From contig JAGBQH010000001.1 of NCBI GenBank assembly GCA_017632945.1, positions 6,198 to 70,197 of the forward strand: a stretch of 64,000 nucleotides of DNA, in the 5' to 3' direction. A program made the translations under genes and the position numbers. The DNA comes from Aeriscardovia sp. GTDB lineage: Bacteria > Actinomycetota > Actinomycetes > Actinomycetales > Bifidobacteriaceae. The notes beneath the pieces were generated by a model. It was not told the DNA's origin, did not search any database, and saw only the letters and a program-made list of their open reading frames with translations. Below, piece after piece: positions 31,327-43,343 of the stretch (positions within the stretch are counted from its first letter, which is position 1; each line of letters starts with the position of its first letter).

Positions 31327-34300
31327 CTAAAGATCTAAAGATTCAAACAGCGGTTTTTCTGGCCTGGCGGAGAGGTTTATGCCCAGGCTCTGGGTGCTGG
31401 AAGCGGATTTGTCTCCGCTTTCTTTGCTCAGATCTATCGGCTCTCCGCTGGAGTTGAGAACCTCGACATTCAAAGCCAAAGACTGCATTTCCTTAAGGAG
31501 GACCTTGAAGGATTCAGGAATTCCTCCCGCCATCAGATTCTCGCCCTTGACTATGGCCCCGTAGGCTTTCACCCTTCCGTCCATGTCGTCGGACTTTACC
31601 GTCATAAGTTCATGGAGGGTATAGGCGGCCCCGTAGGCCTCCAGAGCCCACACTTCCATCTCTCCAAACCTCTGGCCTCCAAATTGGGCTTTTCCGCCAA
31701 GAGGCTGCTGGGTAATCATGGAGTAAGGCCCGGTTGCCCTGGTGTGTATTTTGTCGTCTACCAGGTGGTGGAGTTTAAGCATGTACATGATGCCTACCGA
31801 TATCGGCTTGGGGAAGGGTTCTCCGGTTCTCCCGTCGTAGAGGATGGCTTTTCCGGAGGAATCTACAAGCTTTTCTCCGTCAGGGCCGGGAAGGGAGGTT
31901 TTAAGAAGGCCGTCCAACACATCGTCTTTCACTCCGTCAAACACGGGGCTGGCCACCAGCGTACCGGGTTCTGCCTTACGCGCCTTTTCGGGGATTTCCA
32001 GCTTCCACTTGTAGTTTCCGGGATCCAAATCGGCATTCCAACCCGTCTTCGCTATCCAGCCGAGGTGCAGCTCCAAAATCTGGCCCAAATTCATTCGGGA
32101 GGGGACGGAGAGGGGGTTTAGCATGATATCTACCGGGGTGCCGTCCGCAAGGAATGGCATATCCTCTTCGGGAAGGATCCTAGCCACGGTGCACTTGTTT
32201 CCATGGCGCCCCGAAAGCTTGTCTCCTACGCTTATCTTTCTGTGCTGAGCCACGTAGACTTTTATGATTCGGTTTATGCCGCTCGGGATCTCTTCTCCGT
32301 CTTCGCTGGCATTTTCGCGGGTGATTTCCTTTATTGAAATCACAGTTCCGCTCTCTCCGTGGGGCAGGCGCAAAGATACGTCCCTTACTTCCCTGCTCTT
32401 TTCTCCAAAGATCGCCCTAAGCAGCCTCTCTTCGGGGTTCAGCTCGGTTTCGCCTTTAGGCGTCACTTTGCCCACAAGGATGTCTCCGGCCTTTACCTTT
32501 GCCCCCACCCTTACGATTCCGTTTTCGTCAAGGTTGGCCAGCATCTCGTCTGAGCAGTTGGGAAGGTCGCGGGTGATCTCTTCGGGGCCGAGCTTGGTGT
32601 CTCTGGCGTCTATTTCATAGCCCTCTATGTGGATGGAACTCAAGCTGTCGTCTTTTACCAGCCTCTGGCTGATGATGGTGGCATCCTCGTAGTTGTAGCC
32701 GTTCCACGGCATGAAGGCGATGATGAGGTTCTTTCCGAGGGCCAGCTCTCCTTGCTCTATGGCAGGGCCATCTGCGATCACGCTTCCCTTTTCCACCCTG
32801 TCTCCTACCGAAACTATCGGCTTTTGGTTGTAGCAAGTGGTCTGGTTGCTCCTTTGGAATTTTTCAAGAGTGTAGACCTCTTCGCTGCTGTCGTCCTGCA
32901 CCACCTTGATGGTGTCGGCAGAGACGTAGGAAACGGTTCCGCCCTCCTTGGCTATAACGCAGTCGCCCGAGTCGTAGGCCGTTCTCCATTCGCTTCCGGT
33001 TCCCACCAGGGGCGCATCGGGCTTTATGAGTGGCACGGCCTGCCTCTGCATGTTGGCGCCCATAAGGGCCCTGTGCCCCTCATCGTGCTCGAGGAAGGGG
33101 ATGAGAGAAGATCCAATAGAGACCATCTCCCTCGGGGAGACGTCCATGTAGTCCACTTCGTCGGAAGGTACGTCAACCGCCTCTTCCTTTCCGTCTCTGG
33201 CCAGGGCGGTGGGAGTTTCAATCCTGTTTTCCTTGTCCAGCTTCTGGCTGGCCTGGGCTATTACGTGGTGCTCTTCCTGGTCGGCTGTCATGTAGGTGAT
33301 GTCGTCTGTGACCTTCCTGTTTACCACCCTTCTGTAGGGAGCCTCTATAAAGCCGTAGGTGTCGATCTTGGCGAAAGTGGCAAGGGATCCGATAAGGCCG
33401 ATGTTCGGGCCTTCGGGAGACTCTATCGGGCACATCCTTCCGTAGTGCGAAGAGTGTACGTCTCTTACTTCCATTCCAGCCCTGTCTCGGGTAAGGCCTC
33501 CGGGCCCCAAGGCCGACAGCCTCCTCTTGTTAGTGATGCCGGCGAGGGGGTTATTTTGATCCATGAACTGCGAAAGCTGGGAAGTTCCGAAGAATTCCTT
33601 TATGGTAGTGGAAATCGGGCGTACGTTCAGAAGCGAAGTGGGGGTGATTGAGGCTGCATCCTGGGTGGCCATCCTCTCCCTTATCACCTTTTCCATGCGG
33701 TTGAGCCCGCTTCTTATCTGGTTTTGTATAAGCTCGCCTACCTGCCTTATATGGCGGTTGGCGAAGTTGTCGATGTCGTCGACTTCTACCGGGATTTCGA
33801 CGCTCACCCCGTCTTTTATGCCCTCTATCGTCTTTTTGCCTGCCGCCAAAGCCGAAATATAGCGCAGGGAAGCTATGATGTCTTCCTTTGTAAGCCACCG
33901 CATCTCCGGGTCGATGGAAAGGCCAAGCTTTTGATTGATCTTGTATCTTCCCACGCGTGCCAAATCGTAACGCCTGTGGTTGAAGTAGAAACTGTCGAGC
34001 AGAATTTTTCCGTTCTCGGCAGAAGGGGTGTCGTTTGGACGCACGAGCTGGGCTATCTTTTTAAGGGCGCCGTCCCTGGCTTCTTCCTTGCTTCCGGCTA
34101 TGGCCTGCTCTTTTATAAGCTTTCTTACGGTCTCGCAGTCCTTAAATTCCTCTTCTATTTCTTCTACGCTCATTCCCATCGCCTGAAGGAAGACGATTAC
34201 GGGAACTTTTTTGCGCCTGTCTACTCTTATGTCAAGCTTGCCGGCCTTATTTATTTCAAATTCAAGCCAGGCCCCGCGCGAGGGAATGATGCGGCCGCTA

Positions 34301-34875
34301 AATATCTCCTTATCTTTTTCAGAGTCGGGAATGGATCCGCGATCAAAATAAACGCCCGGGCGTCTGACGAGCTGGGAAACTACTACCCTCTCGGCGCCTG
34401 CGATAATGAAGGTGCCCCTGGGAGTCTGGAGGGGAAAGTCTCCCATGAAGACTGTCTGAGACTTCATTTCTTCAGTGTCGTTTTTTATAAAGTCTGCTTG
34501 AACAAAGAGGGGTGCCGAATAGGTATAGCCCTGCTCTTTGCATTCTTCCCATGTGTGCTTAGGCTCGTCCAAGTGGGGGCTGTGAAATTCCAGCCTCATG
34601 GTTTTGGCGTAATTTTCTATAGGGGAGATGTCTTCAAAAACTTCTTCCAGGCCGCTTACTCGCGGTACATAGGAAGTGCCGTTTTTCTTATCTTCCTCTA
34701 CCTTCTTTTTCCAGCGCTCGTTTCCTATCAGCCAGTCAAAAGAGTCCGTTTGCACGTCCAACAGGTTTGGAAGCTCTATGGGCTCTTTTATCGTGGCAAA
34801 GCTGAGGCGCTTAGGCGCTTTGTGAAGGGATATTAAGACATTTTCGTCTTCAGAGTTATTCTGTTCGTCAATCAA
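31327..34875 (-). CDS. rpoB: RNA polymerase beta subunit
   Basis: 1182 aa, TTG start, [13 protein letters not shown] (rifampicin cluster I), [19 protein letters not shown]. Confidence 0.98.
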   Translation of the reverse strand: MIDEQNNSEDENVLISLHKAPKRLSFATIKEPIELPNLLDVQTDSFDWLIGNERWKKKVEEDKKNGTSYVPRVSGLEEVFEDISPIENYAKTMRLEFHSPHLDEPKHTWEECKEQGYTYSAPLFVQADFIKNDTEEMKSQTVFMGDFPLQTPRGTFIIAGAERVVVSQLVRRPGVYFDRGSIPDSEKDKEIFSGRIIPSRGAWLEFEINKAGKLDIRVDRRKKVPVIVFLQAMGMSVEEIEEEFKDCETVRKLIKEQAIAGSKEEARDGALKKIAQLVRPNDTPSAENGKILLDSFYFNHRRYDLARVGRYKINQKLGLSIDPEMRWLTKEDIIASLRYISALAAGKKTIEGIKDGVSVEIPVEVDDIDNFANRHIRQVGELIQNQIRSGLNRMEKVIRERMATQDAASITPTSLLNVRPISTTIKEFFGTSQLSQFMDQNNPLAGITNKRRLSALGPGGLTRDRAGMEVRDVHSSHYGRMCPIESPEGPNIGLIGSLATFAKIDTYGFIEAPYRRVVNRKVTDDITYMTADQEEHHVIAQASQKLDKENRIETPTALARDGKEEAVDVPSDEVDYMDVSPREMVSIGSSLIPFLEHDEGHRALMGANMQRQAVPLIKPDAPLVGTGSEWRTAYDSGDCVIAKEGGTVSYVSADTIKVVQDDSSEEVYTLEKFQRSNQTTCYNQKPIVSVGDRVEKGSVIADGPAIEQGELALGKNLIIAFMPWNGYNYEDATIISQRLVKDDSLSSIHIEGYEIDARDTKLGPEEITRDLPNCSDEMLANLDENGIVRVGAKVKAGDILVGKVTPKGETELNPEERLLRAIFGEKSREVRDVSLRLPHGESGTVISIKEITRENASEDGEEIPSGINRIIKVYVAQHRKISVGDKLSGRHGNKCTVARILPEEDMPFLADGTPVDIMLNPLSVPSRMNLGQILELHLGWIAKTGWNADLDPGNYKWKLEIPEKARKAEPGTLVASPVFDGVKDDVLDGLLKTSLPGPDGEKLVDSSGKAILYDGRTGEPFPKPISVGIMYMLKLHHLVDDKIHTRATGPYSMITQQPLGGKAQFGGQRFGEMEVWALEAYGAAYTLHELMTVKSDDMDGRVKAYGAIVKGENLMAGGIPESFKVLLKEMQSLALNVEVLNSSGEPIDLSKESGDKSASSTQSLGINLSARPEKPLFESLDL

Positions 34876-35012
34876 ATTGCAAGTCCTAACGAATACGGTT
34901 TTGATTGGATAAATTGACGCTTTTTATTCTCTGGTCAGGCAACCAGAGAACGCTGGCATGCCCGCTATATGACACTCTGTGCCCTGTTATTTTACCCCTA
35001 GCTCCTTAGAAA

Positions 35013-35945
35013 TCAAATTTTGGGGATTTGTTTCGAGCACTCAAGGACATCTTTTGCTATGGCCTCTTTGAGCTGGGAAAAAGAGGCAAAATGCTCCTGG
35101 GATCTGAGGCGGCCGAGGAATTTGACTTCGGCCCTGGCCCCGTAGAGGCTAAAAGGGGCCCCGTCTATAAGGTTGGCCTCAATTTTAACTTCCTTAGACC
35201 TCGGGTCTACCGTGGGGTTGGTTCCCACCGAAATTGCAGCCCTGTAAAGGGACTTTCCCAAGGCAAAGTAGCCGTAATATACCCCTTCGGCAGGAACTTG
35301 GCCCTCCACTTTTCCCCCAAGATTTGCTGTGGGAAAATCCATCTTGCGTCCGTTTTTAAGGCCCCTTACCACCAGGCCGCTTACAAAGTGGGGACGGGAA
35401 AGAAGGAGGGAAGCTTCCTTGACCTTTCCTTCTTTGATAAGGGTCCTTATGCGGGTGGAGCTTACCCTCTCTCCCCCCACTTCCACCGGCGGAGCCACAA
35501 TCAGGTTTAAAGGAAGAGAAGAGCAAAATTCCTTCATTTTTGCAATTGTCCCCTCCCCTCCCTTTCCAAGGCAAGTAAAAGGCCCTATGACAAGATCTTC
35601 TACGCCTTTTGAAGAAAGGGAAGAGAGGAAGGAGGAGTAGGGGAGGGATTTAAAATTGGGGGTAAAGTTTACGATGAAAAGCTCGTCTATGCCGAGATCT
35701 TTAAAGAGGCCAATTTGCTGCGAAAGGGAAGTGATTTCGGGTTTTTTCTCCTCCACTCTGGGATCGAAAATCATGGCGCAAGAGGGTAAGCCTTTTTCTT
35801 TAGCCCTCTTTTTTACGAGATCTATCAGGGAAAGATGGCCAAGATGCAGTCCGTCGAAACTTCCCAGAGTCAGGCTCTTTCTGCCCTCCGGGAGCTTCAA
35901 GCCTTCAATTCTGTAAACTTTCACTTTTCTTCCAAACGCCTGCAA
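35013..35945 (-). CDS. ribF: Bifunctional riboflavin kinase / FAD synthetase
   Basis: GSFDGLHLGHLSLI, FPTANL, 310 aa. Confidence 0.92.
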   Translation of the reverse strand: MQAFGRKVKVYRIEGLKLPEGRKSLTLGSFDGLHLGHLSLIDLVKKRAKEKGLPSCAMIFDPRVEEKKPEITSLSQQIGLFKDLGIDELFIVNFTPNFKSLPYSSFLSSLSSKGVEDLVIGPFTCLGKGGEGTIAKMKEFCSSLPLNLIVAPPVEVGGERVSSTRIRTLIKEGKVKEASLLLSRPHFVSGLVVRGLKNGRKMDFPTANLGGKVEGQVPAEGVYYGYFALGKSLYRAAISVGTNPTVDPRSKEVKIEANLIDGAPFSLYGARAEVKFLGRLRSQEHFASFSQLKEAIAKDVLECSKQIPKI

Positions 35946-36718
35946 AGGGAAGGCAGGCTTATTTCTTTGGCTTTTAGCTGGGCTTCGTTTATTAAAAGCT
36001 TCCTTTCCTCAAACCTGCACTCAGCGCAGTCTTTGAGGGAAAAGGGGCCGATGTGGGTGCGCTGCAGCCAAAAAAGATACGCCCCGCATCCCAATTGCCG
36101 GCCAAAGTCTCTAGCAAGGGCCCGGATGTAGGTGCCTTTAGAGCAGCACACCTGGCACTCTAGAGCCCTAGCTTCCCCCCGCCAGCCCTTCTTTAAGAGT
36201 TTCTCTTTTTCACGGGGGCTAAGCCTTCTAAGCTTTAGCAGCTTTAAAGAATAGATCTGCACCTTCCTGGGTTCTAGCTCAAAATCTTTTCCGCTTCTTG
36301 CCAGATCATAGGCCCTTTTCCCGTTAAAGTGCACGGCGCTGAAGCGCGAAGGAACCTGGTCTACCTCTCCTCTAAACTTTTCTGCGGCCTTTTCAAGACT
36401 CCTATAAGTAAGGCGCCTTAAGGAAAGGAGGCTTTTAGGGGTTTGAAAAGAAAGTTCTCCCTCCCCGTCTTCAGTACTGCTTTCGGTTCCCAATAGGAAA
36501 ACGGCCCTGTAGGTCTTTTTTAATCCCTGAAGGGAAGAGAGCGCCTTTGTGCCGCGCCCGAACCCCAAGATTAAAAGGCCTTCGGCCAGAGGGTCTAGGG
36601 TGCCGGCGTGCCCTACCTTCCTTATGGAAAATTGCCGCCTGAAAGCTTTTGTGACGGCAAAGCTGCTAACTCCTCTGGGCTTGTAGACGCAAGCGATCCC
36701 ACAGGGATCTTCCATCAT
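35921..36718 (-). CDS. truB: tRNA pseudouridine-55 synthase
   Basis: KPRGVSSF...KVGHAGTLDPLAEGLL. Confidence 0.92.
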   Translation of the reverse strand: MMEDPCGIACVYKPRGVSSFAVTKAFRRQFSIRKVGHAGTLDPLAEGLLILGFGRGTKALSSLQGLKKTYRAVFLLGTESSTEDGEGELSFQTPKSLLSLRRLTYRSLEKAAEKFRGEVDQVPSRFSAVHFNGKRAYDLARSGKDFELEPRKVQIYSLKLLKLRRLSPREKEKLLKKGWRGEARALECQVCCSKGTYIRALARDFGRQLGCGAYLFWLQRTHIGPFSLKDCAECRFEERKLLINEAQLKAKEISLPSLCRRLEEK

Positions 36719-37116
36719 CTGTACGGATTTTCTTCCCCGGCAAAGCCCTTTTCGGAACTTTGCTTCTCCATCTCTTCGTCCTGCCTTAGAGCTTCCTGGA
36801 TTCTCTCTTCTATCCTTACGGCACTGTCTTGCAGTTCGTCATAGCGAAATTCCAAGGTAGGGGCAGTCCTGAGCCCGCAGCCTTTTGCCACCCTAGATCT
36901 TAGCTTTCCTTTAGATCTTTCTAAGGCTTTTGCAGCTTCGTCCCTGTTTTGGGAAATCCAAAACACATAGGCTATGTGAAAGTCCGGGCTGACCCTGGCT
37001 TCCGTAATTGTTACGCTCCTAAGGGCCGGATCTTTAAGGTCTCTTTCGATGGCCGTGGCTACGGCTCTTTGAATAAAATCAGCCAGCCGCCCTTCTTTTA
37101 CTTCATTCCTGCTCAT
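36715..37116 (-). CDS. rbfA: Ribosome-binding factor A
   Basis: [41 protein letters not shown], downstream of infB. Confidence 0.9.
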   Translation of the reverse strand: MSRNEVKEGRLADFIQRAVATAIERDLKDPALRSVTITEARVSPDFHIAYVFWISQNRDEAAKALERSKGKLRSRVAKGCGLRTAPTLEFRYDELQDSAVRIEERIQEALRQDEEMEKQSSEKGFAGEENPYR

Positions 37117-39772
37117 CTTCAGCCTTAGAGGAAGCGCGGGAAGCCGCCTCTTTCCGATCCACTTCCTTCATTTCGTAGGTTTCGATAATGTCGCCTTCTT
37201 GGATGTCGTTGAAGCTTCCAAGGTTGATTCCGGCTTCAAACCCCGCCTTCACCTCGTTTACTTCATCTTTGAAGCGGCGCAGGCCCGTAATTACAAGGTC
37301 GTTTGTTTTCACGATTCCCTCACGCAAAATCCTGGCCTTGGAATTTCTCTTGACCACTCCATCGAGCACCATAACGCCTGCAATGTTTCCAAACTTGGAA
37401 GAGCGGAAGATCTGGCGAATTTCGGAGTGAGAGGTGGTGACTTCCTCGTAGACGGGCTTTAACATGCCTTCAAGAGCCTCTTTAACCTCTTCGGTGGCCT
37501 GGTAGATGACGGTGTAGAACTTAATCTCCACCCCTTCTTTTTCGGCGAGCTCTGCAATATTTCTATTGGGCCTCACGTTAAAGCCGATGATTACGGCCTT
37601 GTCTACGGTCGCCAGGTTTACGTCATTTTGCGTTATGGCGCCTACGCCCCTGTGAATCACGTTGATTCCCACCCCGTCGGCCACGTGTATCTTCATCAGT
37701 TCGTCTTCCAGGGCCTCTACGCTTCCAGAAGAGTCTCCCTTTATCACAAGGTTGAGGGTGTCTACCTCAGACTTCTTGAACTGCTCCTTTAAGCTTTCAA
37801 GCGAAACTACCTTGCGCTGCCTGCCCAGCTCGGCCGCCCTGGCCAAAGCTTCCCTCTTTTCCGAGATTTGGCGGGCAATTCTGTCATCTGGAGCCTGGAG
37901 GAGCAGATCTCCTGCGGAGGGGAGGGAGGTTAGGCCCAAAACGGCGACCGGCATGGAGGCGCCGGCCTCCTTTATGGGTTCTCCCGTTTCATCGAACATG
38001 GCCCTTACTTTGCCATAGGCAGTTCCCACGACTATAGCGTCTCCCGTGCGGAGCGTCCCCTCCTTTATAAGGGCGCTTACCACAGGCCCCCTGCCCCTGT
38101 CGAGTCTGGCTTCTACGGCCGTACCCCTGGCGGGAAGAAGCGGATCTGTAGTCAAATCCAGATCTGCGTCGGAGGTGAGAAGGACGGCTTCAAGCAGCTT
38201 GTCTATTCCCGTCCCATCCTTTGCAGACACGTCTACAAACATCGTGTCTCCGCCATACTCTTCGGGAACCAGCCCAAATTCCATGAGCTGGCTTCTCACC
38301 TTTTCGGGGTTGGCATCCGGCAAGTCGATCTTATTTACCGCCACAACTATCGGGACGTTTGCGCTCTTGGCGTGGTTGAGAGCTTCGATGGTTTGGGGCA
38401 TGACTCCGTCATTTGCGGCCACTACTAAGATCGCTACGTCTGTAAGCTCTGCGCCTCTGGCCCTCATGGCGGTGAAAGCCTCGTGGCCGGGGGTGTCTAG
38501 GAAGGTTATGTATCTCTTTTCGCCATCCAGCTCTATTTGCACCCTGTACGCTCCGATGCTTTGGGTGATGCCGCCGGCTTCCCTTCTTCTTTCATGGGTA
38601 TTTCGGATGGCATCCAAAAGGCTGGTCTTGCCGTGATCGACATGCCCCATGACAGTGACGACGGGGGGCCTGGGAACAAGCCTTCCCTCTTCCCCTTCCT
38701 GCTCGAGGTCGATATCAAATTGCTTTAGCAGCTGCTCATCTTCCTGTTGTGCAGAGACCACTTCTATGTTCCACCCGATTTCATCTCCCAAAATTTGGAA
38801 AAGATCGGCGTCGAGCGACTGGGAAACAGTAGCCATTTGTCCCAAATGGAAAAGCACTTGCACAAGGGAGGCTGCAGGAACATTGATTTTGTCGGCAAGA
38901 TCGGCCAAGGTGGAGCCTTGCCTTAATGTCACGGTCTGCCCATTTCCTGAAGGAAGCCTGGTGCCTCCAATGATCGGGGTTTGAAGCTCTTGAAATTCCT
39001 GCCTCTTTTGCTGAAGGCGGTGATTTTTGCGCTTTTGAGCTTTGGCGCCGGGTACCTGCCTGCCAAAGGCTCCCGCGCTATTTCTGCCTCCTCTTCCCCC
39101 TTGGCCAGATCCGGGCTTGGGAGAGGAGAAGGGATGGGGGGAAGAGGAGGAGGACCTAAATCTGGGGCCCGATGTGGGAGAGGCGGGCCTGCCGGTAGCG
39201 GGGGCGGGTCTATGTCTAAACTGCCCTCCTTGAGTCGGGGCGCCTTCTCCCCTTTTACCGCGGGGCGAGCCCTTGGGCTTTACCGTGGGCTTGGAGAGGG
39301 GATGGGGCCTTGGGATGTCGTTGGGGGTGGGGAAATGCATTCCTTGAGTGGAAGAGAAGGGATTATTTCCCGGCCTGGGGCCTTGGCGCTTGGAAAAGTC
39401 CTGAGGCATAGGGGTAGAAGGTAAAGTCGGGGCGCGAAATAGCGGCGAAGAAGGCGCGGCTGGCTTTGGTGTACTGGAAGTGGGAGCTTCCGGCTTCCTT
39501 TCTCTTGGCGCGTTTCCGGAAACCTTAGAAGCCTCATGAGAGAAGGGCTTTCTTGGGTTGGCAAAAGCCTTTTGCGGTTTAGGGGCGTGATCCTTTTGGG
39601 GTTTGGGAGATGCACTCTTTTGAAACTTTTGCTCCAATTGCTTCACTACTGGGGCTTCCACCGTGGAAGAGGCGGACTTAACAAACTCTCCCATGTCCTT
39701 GAGAGTTGACAAGATGGTGCGGCTATCTACTCCGAATTTCTTTGCCAACTCATAAATACGTGCTTTAGGCAC
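37103..39772 (-). CDS. infB: Translation initiation factor IF-2
   Basis: GTG start with GAGGTG RBS, Pro/Ser/Gly-rich linker, G domain [28 protein letters not shown]. Confidence 0.97.
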   Translation of the reverse strand: MPKARIYELAKKFGVDSRTILSTLKDMGEFVKSASSTVEAPVVKQLEQKFQKSASPKPQKDHAPKPQKAFANPRKPFSHEASKVSGNAPRERKPEAPTSSTPKPAAPSSPLFRAPTLPSTPMPQDFSKRQGPRPGNNPFSSTQGMHFPTPNDIPRPHPLSKPTVKPKGSPRGKRGEGAPTQGGQFRHRPAPATGRPASPTSGPRFRSSSSSPHPFSSPKPGSGQGGRGGRNSAGAFGRQVPGAKAQKRKNHRLQQKRQEFQELQTPIIGGTRLPSGNGQTVTLRQGSTLADLADKINVPAASLVQVLFHLGQMATVSQSLDADLFQILGDEIGWNIEVVSAQQEDEQLLKQFDIDLEQEGEEGRLVPRPPVVTVMGHVDHGKTSLLDAIRNTHERRREAGGITQSIGAYRVQIELDGEKRYITFLDTPGHEAFTAMRARGAELTDVAILVVAANDGVMPQTIEALNHAKSANVPIVVAVNKIDLPDANPEKVRSQLMEFGLVPEEYGGDTMFVDVSAKDGTGIDKLLEAVLLTSDADLDLTTDPLLPARGTAVEARLDRGRGPVVSALIKEGTLRTGDAIVVGTAYGKVRAMFDETGEPIKEAGASMPVAVLGLTSLPSAGDLLLQAPDDRIARQISEKREALARAAELGRQRKVVSLESLKEQFKKSEVDTLNLVIKGDSSGSVEALEDELMKIHVADGVGINVIHRGVGAITQNDVNLATVDKAVIIGFNVRPNRNIAELAEKEGVEIKFYTVIYQATEEVKEALEGMLKPVYEEVTTSHSEIRQIFRSSKFGNIAGVMVLDGVVKRNSKARILREGIVKTNDLVITGLRRFKDEVNEVKAGFEAGINLGSFNDIQEGDIIETYEMKEVDRKEAASRASSKAEDEQE

Positions 39773-39920
39773 TTACACCTCACTTGTTTTTTATTTCCTG
39801 CAATCTGTTCGACTACGAGTTATACGCAACCCACTTAGAGCTCATGCAACACTAACAGTTTAACTGAGAATATCGCATTGCCCATAACTGATATGGCGAT
39901 AGGCTGTATTTAAGCTTTCC

Positions 39921-40883
39921 TTATTTGGAGGAGGGCTGAATTGCTATCTTCCATCCCGTCAGCCTGGCAGCCAGCCTCGCATTTTGGCCTTCTTTGCCGA
40001 TGGCCAAACGCAGCTGGCCTTCTGGCACAAAAGCCACTGCCTTTCTTTCTTCCCGGGAAAGGATCTTAACTGAATCTACCTTGGCGGGGCTTAAGGCGCT
40101 TGCAATATAGGAGGCGGGATCTTCGCTGTAATCTACGATATCTATTTTCTCGCCTCCAAGTTCTGAAACTACAGACCTTACCCTAGATCCATCAGGACCT
40201 ATGAAAGTTCCTTTTCCGCTAAGGCCTTCGACATTGGACTTTATTGCGATCTTCGTGCGGGATCCGGCCTCCCTTGCGACTTTGACTATGCTTACCTGCC
40301 CCGTAGCCATTTCAGGCACTTCTTTTTCAAAGAGCCTCAGCACCAGGTTGGGATGGCACCTAGACACTATTATTTCCGGCCCCTTAAGCCCTCTGGAGAC
40401 GGCAACCACATATACTCTCAACCTCTGGCCGTGACTGTACTTTTCCCCGGGAGTCTGTTCCCTTTTCGGAAGCAGCGCCTCCGTGTCTCCCACGGCCACA
40501 TGTATATTTTCCCCATCCCCTTTGTCTTGCTGCACGGTTCCGGTTATAAGTTTTCCTTTGCGGTTTAAGAAAGATCCGAAGAGCTTTTCGTCCTCCGTAT
40601 GCCTTACCAGCTGCCTGAGGGCGGATCTGACAATCTTTGTAGACTGCCTGCTGAAGTCTTCGGGAGTACAGTCGATTTCCGGGCCGTCTTCCTCTTCCTT
40701 GCCCCATATCGTCAACGTGCCCCGTTTGCTGTCGATCTCGGCCCTGGCGATGGGGAAGGCGTCTGGAAACTTGCAATAGGCCTGAAGAAGGGAGGTTTCC
40801 AGAACGGCTTTGAGCTCGTCCTCTTTTATTCCTTCCTCCTGGGCCAGTTCTCTTATATCCGGCACTTCCAAACTAATCGACAT
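39921..40883 (-). CDS. nusA: Transcription termination/antitermination factor NusA (short form)
   Basis: S1 and KH1/KH2 regions ([22 protein letters not shown]; [22 protein letters not shown]), 320 aa. Confidence 0.95.
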   Translation of the reverse strand: MSISLEVPDIRELAQEEGIKEDELKAVLETSLLQAYCKFPDAFPIARAEIDSKRGTLTIWGKEEEDGPEIDCTPEDFSRQSTKIVRSALRQLVRHTEDEKLFGSFLNRKGKLITGTVQQDKGDGENIHVAVGDTEALLPKREQTPGEKYSHGQRLRVYVVAVSRGLKGPEIIVSRCHPNLVLRLFEKEVPEMATGQVSIVKVAREAGSRTKIAIKSNVEGLSGKGTFIGPDGSRVRSVVSELGGEKIDIVDYSEDPASYIASALSPAKVDSVKILSREERKAVAFVPEGQLRLAIGKEGQNARLAARLTGWKIAIQPSSK

Positions 40884-40918
40884 TCTCCCTCTCCCTCGCC
40901 GCGCAAATCAGTTCATTA

Positions 40919-42694
40919 CTATTCTAGATGGGCGCTGTCTAGCAGGTTTGAGCGCAGTTCTTCGGATAGTGCGAGAATTTCTTTTGCCGCCTCTCTGGCC
41001 TGCACTTTTCTCACTTCCCCGCTCTTGCGAATCTTTATTTCTATTTCGCCGTTTTCCATGTAGCCTTTGCCTGCTATCGCTATTATGGGGCAGCCTAAAA
41101 GATCGGCATCGGCAAACTTTACTCCGGCCGACTCGTTTCTGTCGTCTATAAGAGTTTCAAGGCCGAAATGGCTGGTTTCCACTCCGAGCCTTTCGCATTC
41201 CTCTTTGCACTCTTTTCTGGCGCAGACGATGTGCACCTTAAAGGGAGCTACAGTGATTGGCCAAATAAGGCCTTTTTCATCCCTGTAGCTTTCGGCGATG
41301 CAGGCTATAATCCTAGACACCCCTATGCCGTAGCTTCCCATCCACACATCCTTTTGAGATCCGTCGGGGCCTGCCACTTTAAATCCCATGGAGCGCGAAT
41401 ACTTGAGGCCCAGCTGGAACACCTGGCCTATTTCCACCCCTCTTCTTATAGACAGTTTCCCGGATCCGTCGGGGCTTAAATCCCCTTCTTTTACCTGGGC
41501 AGCTTCCACGACCTTGTCGCATTCAAAGTCCCTTCCGCATACCATATTTAAGGTGTGAAAGCCCTTTTTATCCGATCCGGTGCACCAGGAAGATCCTTTA
41601 AACACATGGGCATCCAAAAAGTAAGGGCATTTTGCAGGGCCCGAGGCCTGAGGCCCTACCTTTCCCACGCCTATAAATCCCTTTACAAGCTCGGGGTGGT
41701 CTTTCAGATCTTCTTCTCCTGCAATGGAAACTTCCATGGGAGAGAGGCAGGCTTCCAGCCTCTTTAAGTCCAGCTGCCTGTCGGAAGGGAGGCCCACTAC
41801 CGCCACGCTCTTTTTCCCATCGGGGGCTTTGAGGACGACGGCGATATTTTTAAGGATTTGAGAAGAAATTCCCTCTTTTTCCAAAAAGGCTTCTAACGAA
41901 GCTATGGAGCCACCGCCGGGAGTGGAAATTTCTTTCGGCAGGGGAAGAGAAGAGAAGTCTTCCTCTTTTTCTACAGTTTTCAGGGCTTCTACGTTCCATG
42001 CCTTTCCGCTCGGGGCCTGCACGAAAGTGTCTTCCCCGATTTCAAGCGGGCACAAAAACTCTTCGGACTCAGATCCTCCCATAGGGCCTGAAAAGGCGTG
42101 CACTATAACGTAGGAAATTCCCAGCTTCCTAAACACCTTTTCATAGGCCTCCCTCTCTTCGCTGTAGCACGCCTTCATCCCCTCTTCGTCGAGGGTGAAA
42201 GAGTAGGCGTCCTTCATGATAAATTCCCTGCCCCTTATAAGCCCGGCCCTTGGCCTTGCCTCGTCTCTGTATTTGGTCTGAATTTGGTAGAGGGTGATGG
42301 GAAGATCCTTATAGGAAGAGAGGAGGTCTTTTGCTAAAAGAGTGAAAGGCTCTTCGTGAGTGGGGGCAAGAAGGTAGTCTGCTCCGTGGCGGTCTTTAAG
42401 TTTGAAAATATTGTCTCCGTACTCGTCCCACCTTCCCGTAGGAGCGTAAACGGACTTAGGCAAAAGAGCAGGAAGGTGAACTTCCTGGGCTCCTATATGG
42501 GCCATTTCCTCACGTATCGCCTTCTCCACGTTTTCAAGGACTTTCAGTCCCAGCGGGAGCCAGGCAAAGACGCCGGGAGCCATCTTGCGCACATATCCCC
42601 CGCGCACCAGCAGTTTTGCCGACTCCACGTTTTCGTCAGTCGGATCCTCCCTCATGGTGCGGGTAAAAAGGGATGAAAAATAGGTGGGCCTCAT
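40919..42694 (-). CDS. proS: Prolyl-tRNA synthetase
   Basis: 591 aa bacterial-type ProRS with an editing insertion: LLVRGGYVRKMAPGVFAWLPLG, FRDEARPRAGLIRGREF. Confidence 0.95.
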   Translation of the reverse strand: MRPTYFSSLFTRTMREDPTDENVESAKLLVRGGYVRKMAPGVFAWLPLGLKVLENVEKAIREEMAHIGAQEVHLPALLPKSVYAPTGRWDEYGDNIFKLKDRHGADYLLAPTHEEPFTLLAKDLLSSYKDLPITLYQIQTKYRDEARPRAGLIRGREFIMKDAYSFTLDEEGMKACYSEEREAYEKVFRKLGISYVIVHAFSGPMGGSESEEFLCPLEIGEDTFVQAPSGKAWNVEALKTVEKEEDFSSLPLPKEISTPGGGSIASLEAFLEKEGISSQILKNIAVVLKAPDGKKSVAVVGLPSDRQLDLKRLEACLSPMEVSIAGEEDLKDHPELVKGFIGVGKVGPQASGPAKCPYFLDAHVFKGSSWCTGSDKKGFHTLNMVCGRDFECDKVVEAAQVKEGDLSPDGSGKLSIRRGVEIGQVFQLGLKYSRSMGFKVAGPDGSQKDVWMGSYGIGVSRIIACIAESYRDEKGLIWPITVAPFKVHIVCARKECKEECERLGVETSHFGLETLIDDRNESAGVKFADADLLGCPIIAIAGKGYMENGEIEIKIRKSGEVRKVQAREAAKEILALSEELRSNLLDSAHLE

Positions 42695-42695
42695 A

Positions 42696-43343
42696 TCAGT
42701 CTTTCTTGGTAACGTTGGAATAGTCTACGAGCGTAACGCCTTTCTCCTGCCAGGTTTTAAGCAGGCTGGACGCTTCAACTTCCGCCCTTGCCTCTTCAAA
42801 TCCCACGGGCCTGAAAATGGCGCGTTTATAGTACTTAAGCTCGTCTATAGATTCTATTATGTCGGCAAGGGAGCGATCGTCGGCATGCTTTACGGGCTTT
42901 TGGGCGAAAGCCTCGGGGTACCACCTTCTGCACAATTCCTTTATGGAGCTCACATCCACGCTCCTGTAACTGAGCATCGAAGACAGCTCCGGGAGGTACT
43001 TGTCTATAAATTTCTTATCCGATCCTATGGTGTTTCCAGCAAGGTAGCCTTTGCGCTCGGGAGAAACGAAGTTGGAGGCGTAGGAAAGAATTTCTCTTTT
43101 TACTTCTTCAAGCGGCCTGGCCGACTGCATAAGAGAAAGCAGGCCGTTTTTGGTGTGCATGGAGCGCACAAACTCCCCCATATTTTCAATGGCACGCTCT
43201 GAAGGTTTTATGACAAAATCGCGTCCGCAATCCAAAGGCTGGAGGGAAAAGTCGGTGGGGATGAGCGCAATCTCACACAGTTCCTCTTTTTCCACATCCA
43301 GGCCCGTCATTTCGCAATCCACCCAAAGCAGTACATCACTCAT
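42696..43343 (-). CDS. orn: Oligoribonuclease
   Basis: LLWVDCEMTGLD (DEDDh exonuclease motif I), ...LAGNTIGSDKKFI, ..HADDRSLADIIESI. Confidence 0.9.
   Translation of the reverse strand: MSDVLLWVDCEMTGLDVEKEELCEIALIPTDFSLQPLDCGRDFVIKPSERAIENMGEFVRSMHTKNGLLSLMQSARPLEEVKREILSYASNFVSPERKGYLAGNTIGSDKKFIDKYLPELSSMLSYRSVDVSSIKELCRRWYPEAFAQKPVKHADDRSLADIIESIDELKYYKRAIFRPVGFEEARAEVEASSLLKTWQEKGVTLVDYSNVTKKD

Noticed and set aside
32629-34836. 340-aa and 370-aa ORFs antisense to rpoB, plus many 100-170-aa ones antisense to rpoC and infB
   Set aside because: These are antisense-frame artefacts inside strongly supported essential genes, with no independent coding evidence.
34883-34897. 15-mer GTCCTAACGAATACG also present at 50163..50177
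   Set aside because: For 64 kb on both strands, several exact 15-mer coincidences are expected by chance (roughly 4e9 pairs against 1e9 possible 15-mers). The match does not extend on either side.
34927-34950. 9-bp hairpin TTCTCTGGT-CAGGCA-ACCAGAGAA between ribF and rpoB
   Set aside because: It could be a ribF terminator or an rpoB leader element. However, the minus-strand 3' flank is A-rich rather than T-rich, so I cannot support a terminator call.
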